A DNA stretch of 64,000 nucleotides. Origin: Podarcis filfolensis (taxonomy: Eukaryota). Shown in pieces: positions 51,462-62,636 of the stretch. Position 1 is the stretch's first letter. Every line of letters begins with the position of its first letter. The notes below the pieces were generated by a model. The model made no database searches. It had not been told where the DNA came from and worked only from the letters and a program-made list of their open reading frames with translations. The stretch is from NCBI GenBank assembly GCA_964270895.1, contig OZ185436.1; one strand, given 5' to 3'. A program made the position numbers and the translations under genes.

Positions 51462-52565
51462 TTATTTGATTTTCCCTCCGACTGCACCGAGTTGTTGTTC
51501 TTCTTCTGTCGGTGGTGTGTCTTTCCCTAGGCCAGGAAGTCCATATGATAGATTTGCAATCTCTGAAATTCCTAGTCCTGGTACAGTTGGCTCCTCTCCA
51601 GAATCCACTTCCTTCTGTAAGTCCTCCTCGTGGTCTTTCAGAAAGTTGTCTTTATCATTTACTGTTCTTATTCTTATTTTTCTTCCTTTATACTTGAAAG
51701 ATAGACCTTGGGGAAATTCCCACCTGAAAAGTATCTTGTTCCTTCTCAGTAAAACAACGAGATCTCTGTAATAGGCCCTTACGTCCAGAATGTATTTAGG
51801 TATGTCCTTAAAGATCTCCACAGATGAATCTCCAATTTCCAGAGTTTTTTGATAGTGCAAATTCAAAATTTTGTCTCTTTCCTCTTTTGTTCTTAAAGTA
51901 ATCAAACAGTCTCTTGCCTTATTCCTTCTTTGTCTTCTACCAAGCCTAAATGCACTCAGTATCTTAAATTCATCCTTCCCCAGGTCCTGTTGCCAAAAGT
52001 CTGTAAATTCCTTTGTAAGGAAGTCTGCCAAATTATCTTTCTCACTTTCAGGTATTGCTCTGAGTCTCAAATTCCTCTCTTTTCCTTGTAATTCAATCAT
52101 GGACAGTGTCAAGTCATGTTCCTCAAGTTTCTTATATACTGGTGGTATCTTTTCTTGAACAACAGTTGCAATTTCCTTAGCCTCCTCCGCTAATTTCCTA
52201 GTCGAGGCCAACTCCTCCAATAACTTTTCTATAGACTGAGTATTTGAATTCACCTTCTTTCCCAGCTCATTAATACTTGTAGTGTTCAAGTCTATTTTTG
52301 CTGAGGCCTCGGCTACTTGTTTATTTGTCTCTGCAACCTGTTTATTAGTCTCTGCCACCTGTTTAGCTAAATTCTCCAAAGATGCATTTACTTTGCCAAG
52401 TGCCTGGGCCAACAAGTCTTCAGATGTCATAGCTTTTGACTTAACTTGTAAAGCAGCTGCACCTGCTGTGCCTGCTGCACCGGATGTTGAGGCCCTTCTC
52501 TGTTGTGGAATATCTGTCTTGTATTGTCTCCCAGACCTGGTAGTCTTTTCCTGTCCATCCGCCAT
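51462..52565 (-). CDS. L1 ORF1p (367 aa; coiled coil + RRM + CTD RNA-binding chaperone), frame intact
   Basis: ATG at 52565, heptad coiled coil (ENLAKQVAETNKQVAETNKQVAEAS), RRM start KERNLRLRAIPE, and a C-terminal region FRWEFPQGLSFKYKG. Confidence 0.88.
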   Translation of the reverse strand: MADGQEKTTRSGRQYKTDIPQQRRASTSGAAGTAGAAALQVKSKAMTSEDLLAQALGKVNASLENLAKQVAETNKQVAETNKQVAEASAKIDLNTTSINELGKKVNSNTQSIEKLLEELASTRKLAEEAKEIATVVQEKIPPVYKKLEEHDLTLSMIELQGKERNLRLRAIPESEKDNLADFLTKEFTDFWQQDLGKDEFKILSAFRLGRRQRRNKARDCLITLRTKEERDKILNLHYQKTLEIGDSSVEIFKDIPKYILDVRAYYRDLVVLLRRNKILFRWEFPQGLSFKYKGRKIRIRTVNDKDNFLKDHEEDLQKEVDSGEEPTVPGLGISEIANLSYGLPGLGKDTPPTEEEQQLGAVGGKIK

Positions 52566-53758
52566 AACACTCTCATGCACAGCCCAAGGTCAATCCCACG
52601 CCTGGGGAAATTTGTTTTCAAAAGGAATTTTCCACAGCTTGGTTACTTATTGGCTTAGTTGTTATTGCAACAAAGTCTCCTCTAGGGGGACACACTTCCA
52701 ACTTCACTTTGTAACTTCACTTTGTAACTTTTCAAACAAATAATCCTTATAAGTCTCTAATATCTCTTAAAAGTCACTCTTTCAATGTCCTTAAACAGTT
52801 ACTTTCAACAATAATTGTATCTTTCTTTCAGAGTTAAATAAAAAAAAATTACCCTTAAGGTGTTGACAGTTCATCAGCTTCCCTGTCGTGGGCAGTCCGT
52901 TTCCAGGTTTTAGAAGCAGCAGATAAACCTTTTCACCCTTTTTTTCCTCCTTGCAGGAATAAATCTTGCTCAATTTCACCCCTCTGTCCCTGCCAACAGA
53001 AGGGGGATCACCCTTTTGGTGCTGGATTTTAAATCTTTAATAACCTCTTCCCAAGTTGTAGCTTTAAAGTCTCTTTGCTTTGATCTATTTACAAGAACGG
53101 AAAGGCAGACTTCCTGTTTGTACCTTTCCCGTTTCGGCCGAATTTGTCTTAAATTTCCTCCAAATATTTACTTGATCCTACTCACGGGTAGTTGTTTTAG
53201 CATCCAATTGTCCAGAAAGGAATCAACGCTCCCCGGCTATGGCTTGCGGCTTCACTCCGTGAAGAGGGTAGACGGCTCTCAGCTCCGCACCACACACCCC
53301 CTTTCCGCTCCGGAGCCTTTAAAAAGGCTCTTTCGCGGTGGAGGGGGGCACAAATGGAGCCCCCTGAGCCTCCAAGCTCACAGGCTTCACCGCCTGTGAT
53401 TTCTTCGGGTCTCCGCTTCGCCGCAGCGGTCAGACCCTCTCTTCACCAAGCCGATTCCCTCCGGAACTCGGAGGGAATCCGCCATTAATTCCGCTGGCGC
53501 TGACCGGAAGTCCACCCTCTCCTCTCTCCATGTGCCTATCACAAACATACCCTGGATGGTTGCTGGGGTCAGGCAGATTTATGGGGGCTGCAGGGGAAGA
53601 GGAGAGGAAGAAGTTGTGTTGTGCAGCCAAAAGTGCTTGTGCTGGAGGAAGAACTTCATTGGATACCATCCCTCCAAAAATCTATTCTTTCTACAAAACA
53701 ATATTTATCATTGGTGTGCAACGAAATCTTTTGCTTCCCAAACACCCAAAATGAAATA

Positions 53759-53990
53759 CAGTGGTACCTCGGTCTGCAAACAGTCTTATTAATGAATGAT
53801 TCGGACAACAAACTCAGCAAAACTGGAAGTATGTATTCTGGTTAGCGAACTTTGCCCCGGAAGCCGAACGGAAGCCGGACACCAGTGGCAGGAGGCCTCA
53901 TTAGGGGAAGCACGTGTCTCGGTTTAAGAACGCTTTGGTTTAAGAATGGACCTCCAGAACGGATTAAGTTTGTAAACTGAGGTACCACTG
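53759..53990. mobile_element. Tc1/mariner-type MITE (related subfamily)
   Basis: TIR cagtggtacctc / gaggtaccactg and TA TSD. Confidence 0.88.
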
Positions 53991-54237
53991 TATATCCCTA
54001 GGAGGTTGAGTGCATATCTGTCAACACAATGTAACTAAACAGATTAAATAAAAGGTAACACCAGCCATGTCAGACAATGTGCCACATAAAATGATTTTGT
54101 GCTTGTGTGGTGAGACTGTAGATTTCTCCCTTCTCTGGCTTGTGTATGTTCATCAGACTTCCTGTACAGAGCCTACATGTGCCGAAAGTGTTCACAGAAA
54201 GCAGGATACAAATCATGTGGACAAAGCCTCTGTGCAT

Positions 54238-54238
<1 letters not shown>

Positions 54239-54270
<32 letters not shown>
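54239..54270. repeat. (GTT)n microsatellite
   Basis: About 10 units. Confidence 0.93.
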
Positions 54271-55783
54271 ACTATTCAGCTTGTGTGCACACAGTTTCTG
54301 CACAGCATAGATGAATGTGTGGTATCAGGGATGAATGTGTGGACCAACAATTATGACTTCTTTCTCCCCATCCAATAAATTCATTGTAGCTCATGACCAG
54401 GAAACTATTCAATCATGTTATAATAGCATATATGGATGAATTAGGGGATATTGTTGTGTTTCCCAAAGACTCTGAAATATGGAAATCTAACCTTGTGAAA
54501 CAGCAGGCCCAGTCTCATAGGTGACTTGAACAAACAAAAAGAGTCAAGAGTTTTGCAGAGCCTTAAAGACTATCCAACTTATATTGGTATGAGATTTTCT
54601 CTGTGTGAACATAATTAATTGCTTTCAATTGTACATATGTTTGAATGTGCATTTGAATGCACATCCAATCCACTTTTGGCACAACTAGTTATCTATGCAC
54701 ACCACTTTTATAGCAGTGGATAAGTCCATGTCATCATATACATGATGGAGACAAACAAGATCTAAAATGTACCTACTGTACTAGCATAATATTGTCATAT
54801 GCAGATACTGCCTCCAACTTCTACTATCTTTATGTCTTCTGTCAAATACAGGGTTTAAATTTCTTTCCAACTTTGCATAAAATAACAGAGATCAATGACT
54901 TTGTTATTCTTCTAATAACAGTGATGGTTGTTTTTTTACTTATCTTAAATATGTGCCCTTAATAACTCTGCTTCCCTCTCCCCGCCAAAAAAGAAGACTC
55001 AGAAACTGCTATTAATAACAAGCAAGCAGACAGAACTCTGCATCGCAAATGTATGCATGGTGTGTATAGCGCAGCTCTTGCAATGAATACTGAAGATTAG
55101 TCCTGCATGCCCACTTGAGCCCTGCTTTGCATTTGCCAGTTTATCAACCTCTGAATGATAACGAAAACAATAAATACCCAGAACACACAGCCACCTTGCA
55201 GGGCAAAATCCAGAGATGTGAAGTAAGTGGCAAGGCCATCAATACATTCATTCCACTTGTATTTATAGATGAGAGCTGTAATCTTTTGATCAACGCAGGA
55301 GAGTAAGCACTTCATCATATGCTGACACTCCTGCACCTGCCAACAAATTAATGTTGGCCTCCTTGGCTGAAAGTTAATTCTGGATAGACGTGCTGCTGTA
55401 AACTAGACAGGATAAGTGAGTCTTACTAAAATATTCCCTTGCAGTTGAGGGAGGAAGGCAAGTGGCAGAGACTTCAGTTTCTAACCGCTGAGCTAGAGCC
55501 AGTTTATTATAGTGCACTTTGAGACTCCTTGAAACTTGAAGGGCAAGACTAAAGCCATTGTCATGGGCCCCCAGGTAATTTTCCTGGCCAATCACCAGGT
55601 GTGTGGCTACTGTGGCTATGCCTGGACCTTCTCCAAGAAGCCATGGGACAGGGATAAAGACTAGCAGATAATACTTCCTAGGAGGATAGTGGAGAGAGTG
55701 TTTCCACATCCAGCTATTCCTATTGTATCTATCCAGAGATAGATTCACAAAGCTATAGGACCCTTGGGCACATCCAGTGCAGC

Positions 55784-55793
55784 ATTATTATTA

Positions 55794-55834
<41 letters not shown>
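55784..55834. repeat. (ATT)n microsatellite
   Basis: About 17 units, one interruption. Confidence 0.93.
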
Positions 55835-55835
<1 letters not shown>

Positions 55836-58800
55836 GCTTTTTAAATGATCAGGTTTTTAAAAAATAAAATAAAATGTCATTTTATAATGTTTGGTGTTAG
55901 TTGTTTAGGGCATTTATTTGCAGAAAATGTAACACATTCGTAAAATTAATAATCACAAATAATAATGTTTAAATATTATGTTTATTAAATTATCTCAGCT
56001 GATCAATGAAATGAATAAGTCCACCAGAAATCCCGTCAATCCCAGTGCGGCTCCTGGTAGTTTGGGCTGGCTTAATCCTCCCCAGGCTGGATACCTGGAG
56101 GTCTCCGCCTACCTCAGCCAATCGCCCAATCCCGCCTGGGGAGGCATTGCCAGGGGATTGGCAGGTAAGGGGAGGGACCACCCTGCCCACACAACAGAAG
56201 GTGAATCTTACCTGCTAAGCGTCAGTTGGCTCCAGAGCTTCTCCCACCCTGCCCTCCCTCAATTAAGTCTTCTTTTGCAGGTTAACCTCTTTTCCACAGG
56301 TACGCAGGTGCTGCTATGTCAGGGTCGATGTTGAAGGGCCAGAAAGCAATTTTCCTGCATTGGCAGGTTTTGCCTTTCCTGTAGCAAAACGTCACAACTT
56401 TGGCGGTTTCAGGCCTTGGGTGGAATCCTTTAGTCTATCTTCCTAAATGGGGGGGGGGGCGTGCCACTAAGGACTTGCTTCATCATAAAAAAACCTGAAG
56501 CAGTTTACTCTGGTTAGTAGCATCTTGGAGAACTCCCTCTTTCTGTGTCATTTAAAAGAGTCTTGTGACACCTTAAAGGACAAAATAAATATTTAGTATG
56601 GAATAGGTTTTCATGGACACAAGCCCACTTCATAATTAATTGTAACCAATTAATTTAAACTGTTTTTTAAAAGGGAAAATAACAGTTTAGAGTGTGGCAA
56701 TAAGGTAATGAATTGCTAAAGTCAACTCATCTGGACTAAGAGATGGGCATGGATACAAGTCTTCTTCAGAATCCATACTGCAATGAATTTTGTGGTCCAA
56801 TGGATTTCTTTTCTTTGCAAAACTAACCTCCATTTTTAAAATAGGTAACAGCCATCCAAGTGGCAGTAGCCATGATTTCTAGCCACTTCAAACATTTATT
56901 ACAAGGTTTTGCTCTTCTTAAAGGTGCCCCTTGGACCACCTAATGAATTTTGAGTACTTTTTAAAAAACAACAACCAAGAACCATATATTTGTGTGTAAA
57001 GATAATAAAAACAAAAATAATAGCACATTACTATGGAAGCTGAATGTAATGGGCTTAAAACTGAATACATGTGAAATTGACACAAACCAGATTTGGACTG
57101 ATCTATGCCTGTCCACACATAGTGGGCAGTGCCAATTTTTTTATTTGGCATTTTATGTGCAAACTTTTCAAAATCAAAGATAGAGCCTAAGTATGTACAG
57201 CACAGCTCTCCTAATTCAAACCATCTAATCTTCTTTTCTCTTCAGCTAAGTACTAGAGATTCTGTAACTTCTGTGGTTGCTGGCTTCCAGAGCACACAGA
57301 AATAAATATCCAGGATCGCTTAAATTCAATACTGGCTGTATTGCAGAGAGCTTGCAATCTTTCAAAATGAATTTGACTAATCCAGTAGGTTCATACTTTC
57401 TTGATGTCCACACATCATTCAAGGTCTGAATTACTTGTGTAATATAGTGAGTTCTTCCCCCCTCCCAAAAAAAGACTCTGTTATACACCTGATTCCAGAG
57501 TTAAGTACATCCAGTCAACAGTTTTTGAAAAATGTAAATACTAAAAGTTCAGGACACACTGTTTTTGGCTACTTGTTTCACCTAAAGCTAAACTGGAGAA
57601 GAACAAGACTGACCAATGCAAGGCTTCACAAGGCACATGACAGGAAAGCAGAGAAACCACATCAAGCTTTGCCAGGCCAAGTGGAGAATTGTGATCAGAG
57701 TAACTATGAGTTTGATAACTTTCATCGTTACAATAACATGCTGATCGTAAACAGATTAACTGAAAATAAATCCTGCCATTTCCAAGAGACTTACTTCCAA
57801 TTAATGTGTTTACGATCAGGCTGTAAGCCATAAAAGGCTCACTTTATGCCAAACGGCTTAGTGCATTGAGCATTTAATGTTGGGGGAGCTTTTGTCTTTC
57901 TGAACATGATGATCTTGGGCTATTGTTTTCCACATGGCAAACTAAGATTCAGCAGATTTGGTCTCAGAGCTCAAGCTTCATCTGTCTCCATAACTTTGGA
58001 CACTGTCAAGGAAGAATGCACTTCAACAATTCAGCTTTTGTTTATGGGATTTAAGGTATTTTGTAAGCTGCCCAAGAATTAAGAACCATAAATTTCATTG
58101 AAAGGACGCTGCTTACCAACTACACACCACTGTAGAATATGCTGGCTTCAATATTCTATTTCTTTAGACAGGAAAAATATTCCCCAAGTTTACCATCACA
58201 TTCATCATGCCACATCAAGTGCCATACATTCTCCCTATTTCCATTTTAAAGCCAAGTCATAGATCATAGATCATAAATTATTGATGGAGTTAGGAACCCA
58301 TTGTGAACAGTTTCTTCAATGAACCTTTCGGGTCCAAGGGAATGATGAACTGTCACAATTTTGCTCTGCCAGCCTCAAGACTGTTTCACAGCCTCTGAGC
58401 ATGCTAAATAGTTCTCTCTTCCTCATCCAAAGTTTTATTGGGAGTGAGATTCCTTCAAGTGCTCTCACTAGAGCACAAAACTTGGTTCTATTAAATTCTC
58501 CTAAGTAAAAAACAACTAGCAAATAATAAAAAAACTCTCAACTTCTGACTCCCTGAAAGCACATTTTCACTCTTTCTGCACTTGTGATTCTGTATTAAAC
58601 TAGAGCCATTGAAATAATGCTATTGAAGCCCCATGTGCACTATACTTTAAAGCACTAACATGCCAGTTTAAACAGTCATAGCCTGCCCCACAGAATCCTG
58701 GAAGCTGTAGTTTGCCAAGGGTACTGAAAGTTATTATGAGATCACTATTCTCCTCACAGAGCTATAATTCACATAGTTCTCTGAGAGGAAGGATTGGCTG

Positions 58801-60181
58801 TTAAACCACTGACAATTGTAACTTTAAATTGCAGGTGGGGCCTCAGTTGGGGTCTTTCCATCATGCGCTGGGTGAAGACAGGAGGGCTTAACCCTTCAAG
58901 CAACAAAAGGGGCCCAATATTTTTCATATCCATCCATCCATCCATCCATCCAATCTATATAGGCAAAAGAATATATTTTATTCCCAACACATTTCAAATT
59001 CCAGTCTTCATAAAAATGCAACAGTGAATAGACTTGCTTCCTGAATGGTCAGCCAATAGTCAGCATTCAAAAAGTGTTATTAAGAAAAATGAAAGTCAAT
59101 CAAGAAGCTCATTTACCTAATGTTATAAGGTTAGCAATGATCCTCATGCTCTAACCAGTGCAAAAATAAACCACTTCACACCTCCAATATGAATGTTGGT
59201 CATAACATGAATATGAAGCAAAACCAGGCAAGAGAAATGCCCCCAAAGAAAGCTTTGTGTGGAGACCCTTTCTTTTTTGACTAGAATTGGCATAGGTTCT
59301 CTAATTTTGGAATGTTTGTATACCCTCGCAGAGAAGGAAAATGACCACAGTATATTAATTTATTTTTTAATGAGCTATAGTTTTGAATAGTTAAAGAAAT
59401 ATTTTCAGCATGTGTTGTGACACTAAATAATGATTACCCCCTAATTAATTCTATTTATGACTACATCAAAGCTCTAATTATAGACCAACATCTGCTTGGT
59501 ACCAAACATTCAGGTTTTCTCTTATCGGGTAAAATATGATGTCTCATTAAGGTTGAAACAGCAAATTTTCAATAGGATGTCACTGGAATCCACAGTCCTT
59601 CTCGATTTCTAAAGCTGGATTTCTGGAGTGTCAGAAGAAATGAAAATACACATTTTACTGTTACATAAACCCAACCTATCTAATTAGGATTTGTTTCATC
59701 CAGAAAATGTTGGTTTTTGGTTTTTAAAAAGAAATTACAGTGTAAGGGTGGATACACAAATAGGGATGTAGAATCCCTTTTTAAATATGAGTAGACCCTA
59801 AGGGCACCAGAATGGCAGAACAGTAAGGGAACATAACATGGTGGACCCCACTCATCCCTCATGTTGACCTGAATGATACATGACAATGCAGTTCAGTTGA
59901 AAAAAATTATAAGTGGGGTCCACTGAAGTTATAAACTTGTAGCGTGTCAATCTAGAGATGCCTAAAGCAGCTTTATTCACCACCATGTGCAGAACTGCCA
60001 CAGACAATAGCCCCAGAAAGCCAAAGAGCTATAGTTATTGTGACGGATGCTTGCAGTCTAAATAGTGTTGATGGCTGATTATTTTATTTTATTTTTTAAA
60101 AAATGGGATAAGCAAAGCAACACCGAACATTTGAAACAAACAAACGTGTGTAAGGTCAATTAGTTGTGCTGCATAGCCCAG

Positions 60182-60256
60182 CAAGACCCTGATGACCATG
60201 TATTGAGTCACGTTAAGAAAGAGCCCGAATCTGATACCAACAAAACATCAAGTAAG
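60182..60256 (+). CDS. Candidate internal coding exon (QDPDDHVLSHVKKEPESDTNKTSSK); gene unidentified
   Basis: cccag acceptor, 75-nt open phase 0-0 frame, donor AAG|GTAATG, and protein-like composition with a VKKE SUMO consensus. The polypyrimidine tract is weak. Confidence 0.25.
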
Positions 60257-61149
60257 GTAATGTTACTCATCAAGTAAGGTGGCTGCTGTTGATCCATTCC
60301 ACATGCATCAGAAGAGTGAATGTTGTGTCTGTCCTCCTTTCCATGCCCCTGTATGCCCACCCTACCTGACATCCCTGGATGATGATGTAACATTGGAATA
60401 TGGCTTATTTCCAATAGACATGGACCTTTTTTACAGCTGATTTCTGAGAAATCAGCCATGTAATCTGGTGTCTTTGTGCTTTGGATTTTAAATACCTAGG
60501 CAATATTTGCATTGTATATATTTTTTTTTTGTGTGTGTGTGTGTGTCCAGAGATGTCAGGATGGCATGCAACAAGGAAGAGTGGATGCACTTGGCACCTT
60601 TTCACAGGAATTAGGAAGAGGTATAAGCTCATACAGTTCTAGGACTTTGTGATCGAGAAACATTTCAACACTTTTTCAAAGTGCAAACTGATGCGCTTGT
60701 ATGGGACAAACTGAGCGACTCTGAACTAACTTTCACATGTAAACTCACCTATGTAGCTTAGCATTAGAAGAGTCAGGAACAACAAAGCTAAAAAATGGTG
60801 TCTTATCAGCTATGAACTTGCACTGAACAGCAATGAATGGTATCAGACAATTTAGTCTTGAATGCTGGATACTAGAGACTACAAATATTGTCTCTCAATT
60901 TGCCATTGCTAAAAAACCACTTAAAGGCTATTTTATCATTTGCCAAATTGTCTGCTCTCCATAAGACCAGTCAACCACAAATCCCAACCTAGTTGCAGAG
61001 ATCTTACAACAGGCTTGTTTACACATTACACTAAGGGTAGAAGCTGTCTATACACATGTACAAACCTGTTTGAAAGAGTGTACACCTGCTGATTTGTGCA
61101 GCTCAACTTTTGTGTACACATATCTGCACACGGTATACCATAATTTTCT

Positions 61150-61960
61150 AACATGGTACATTCCAGAGGTTGTTGGATTTTTAAAAGGATAAAACGATAT
61201 AAGAACGTCTACAAAAAAGGATAAACTCCTGTCTAAAATGTATAACCTTCTATTAGAATGGGAAACAAAAGATGAACTAGTCAAAGCTTCAATGACACAC
61301 TGGGCAATAGATATAGGACACAATATAGATTTCTCCTCTGGGAGAAACTCTGGAAAAGTGATTTGAAATTTACTGCATGTTATTCAATGAAAGAGAATTA
61401 TTTGAAAATGATTCCTAGATGGTATTTAACTCTGAGTAGGCTGGCTAAGATGTATAAAGTAGAATCAGATATGTGTTGGAAATGTAAAGAAATGGAGGGA
61501 ACTTTTTTTCATATGTGGTGATGTAAAAAAGTAAAAGAATATTGGGGAATGATTTATAAAGAGTTGAAAAAAAATGTTTAAAACTATTTTTCTCAAAAGA
61601 CCAGAGTCCTTTCTATTGGGAATAAGACAGACAGAAACCCCTAGGTGTCAGAAAAGTTTATTTATGTACACAACAACAGTGGCCCGTGTTTTGCTAGCCC
61701 AAAAATGGAAAGTGAGCGAGATCCCCCGAAAAGAGGATTGGCAACCTAAGATGTTAGAATATGCAGAACTCACAGGTTTAACATATAAAACAAGAGAGCA
61801 AGAAGAACATATATGGCTAAGGCAAAATATGCAGGAATAGAGGACATACAAAATGAACCACGGAAGGAGAAGAGAAGTCACTGGATATTTTAAAGTTTGT
61901 AAAACGTTTATTTTGAAATATCAAATTGAAAATCTAATAAAAACATTTTTTTTAAAAAAG
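61150..61960 (+). mobile_element. L1-clade LINE 3' fragment (ORF2 C-terminal domain + 3' UTR), decayed
   Basis: KENYLKMIPRWY...CWKC...FFHMWW*C (CCHC knuckle), FLLGI, ARVLLAQKWK, then AATAAA and an A-rich end near 61935-61960. Confidence 0.85.
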
Positions 61961-62168
61961 GAATGATGTGAGTTGTAGTTTATTGCAACTACATCTCACA
62001 TCACTCCTTAAAAAAATAATAATTATGTTGGGCACTGTGTTGATTACCTTGCTGTACACTCATTGAACATGACATGTGAATAACTCTACAAGCGTAGGGC
62101 TCAACAATTAATCTATATGGGTACACCCATTGTATACTCATTGAATGTAATGTGTGAACCCCCCAGGG

Positions 62169-62636
62169 CAGTAGTTTTCAACCAGTGTGCCGTTGCACCC
62201 TGGGGTTCCTTGAATGATGGTCAGGGGTGCTGCGGGCAACACTGCTCCCTGTCCCTCTTTCTTTCCCTCCCTCCTCTGAAACCCTCTCATGTCTCTGCTT
62301 CCCAAAGGCTTTCACAGCTGTTTATTGCATCAGCCCTGGATATAAGCTCTGCAGGCAAATGGTGCCTCCAGGACGCATCTCTCTCAGGAGGGGGGGCAGC
62401 TCAGAGACCAGGGATGGCAGCAGCAGCTGCCCGGAGGACTCCCGAGGAGAGGGGAGGGGAGATGAGAGGAGGCTGAGGGAACACTCCACAAGGGAGGGTG
62501 TTTGAAAAAGAGTGAGAGGCTGCCAGATCTGCAGGCAAGGGGTGACATAACTGGGCTCCTGAGCCCCACAGAGCAGCCGCAGAAAGAATGCTGTTGGTCA
62601 AGGGAGCCGTGGACTCAAAAAGGTTGAAAACCTCTG
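62169..62636. mobile_element. hAT (Charlie-like) non-autonomous element
   Basis: TIR cagtagttttcaacc / ggttgaaaacctctg, degenerate 8-bp TSD ccccaggg / ccctaagt, GC-rich interior. Confidence 0.7.

Larger units (their letters stand above)
49229..53511 (-). mobile_element. L1-clade LINE, 5'-complete and 3'-truncated within the RT domain
   Basis: ~950-bp 5' UTR starting (gg)acttccgg with a GC-rich head, ORF1, 6-nt spacer, ORF2 with APE endonuclease and RT motifs. 10-bp direct repeat ccaccctctc at 49219-49228 and 53512-53521. Confidence 0.93.

Noticed and set aside
52282-52743. 153-aa plus-strand ORF, and other plus-strand ORFs across 49484-52158
   Set aside because: Antisense shadows of L1 ORF1 and ORF2 codon structure.
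53016-53399. 127-aa antisense ORF in the L1 5' UTR, reminiscent of primate ORF0
   Set aside because: Starts at TTG rather than ATG, has no splice donor or recognisable features, and its length is plausible by chance in a GC-rich UTR.
61150-61960. Possible missing 3' half of the 49.2-53.5 kb L1 (inversion)
   Set aside because: Opposite strand, ~7.6 kb away, with a large part of ORF2 absent between them. The first element is already closed by its own direct repeat, so these are more simply independent insertions.
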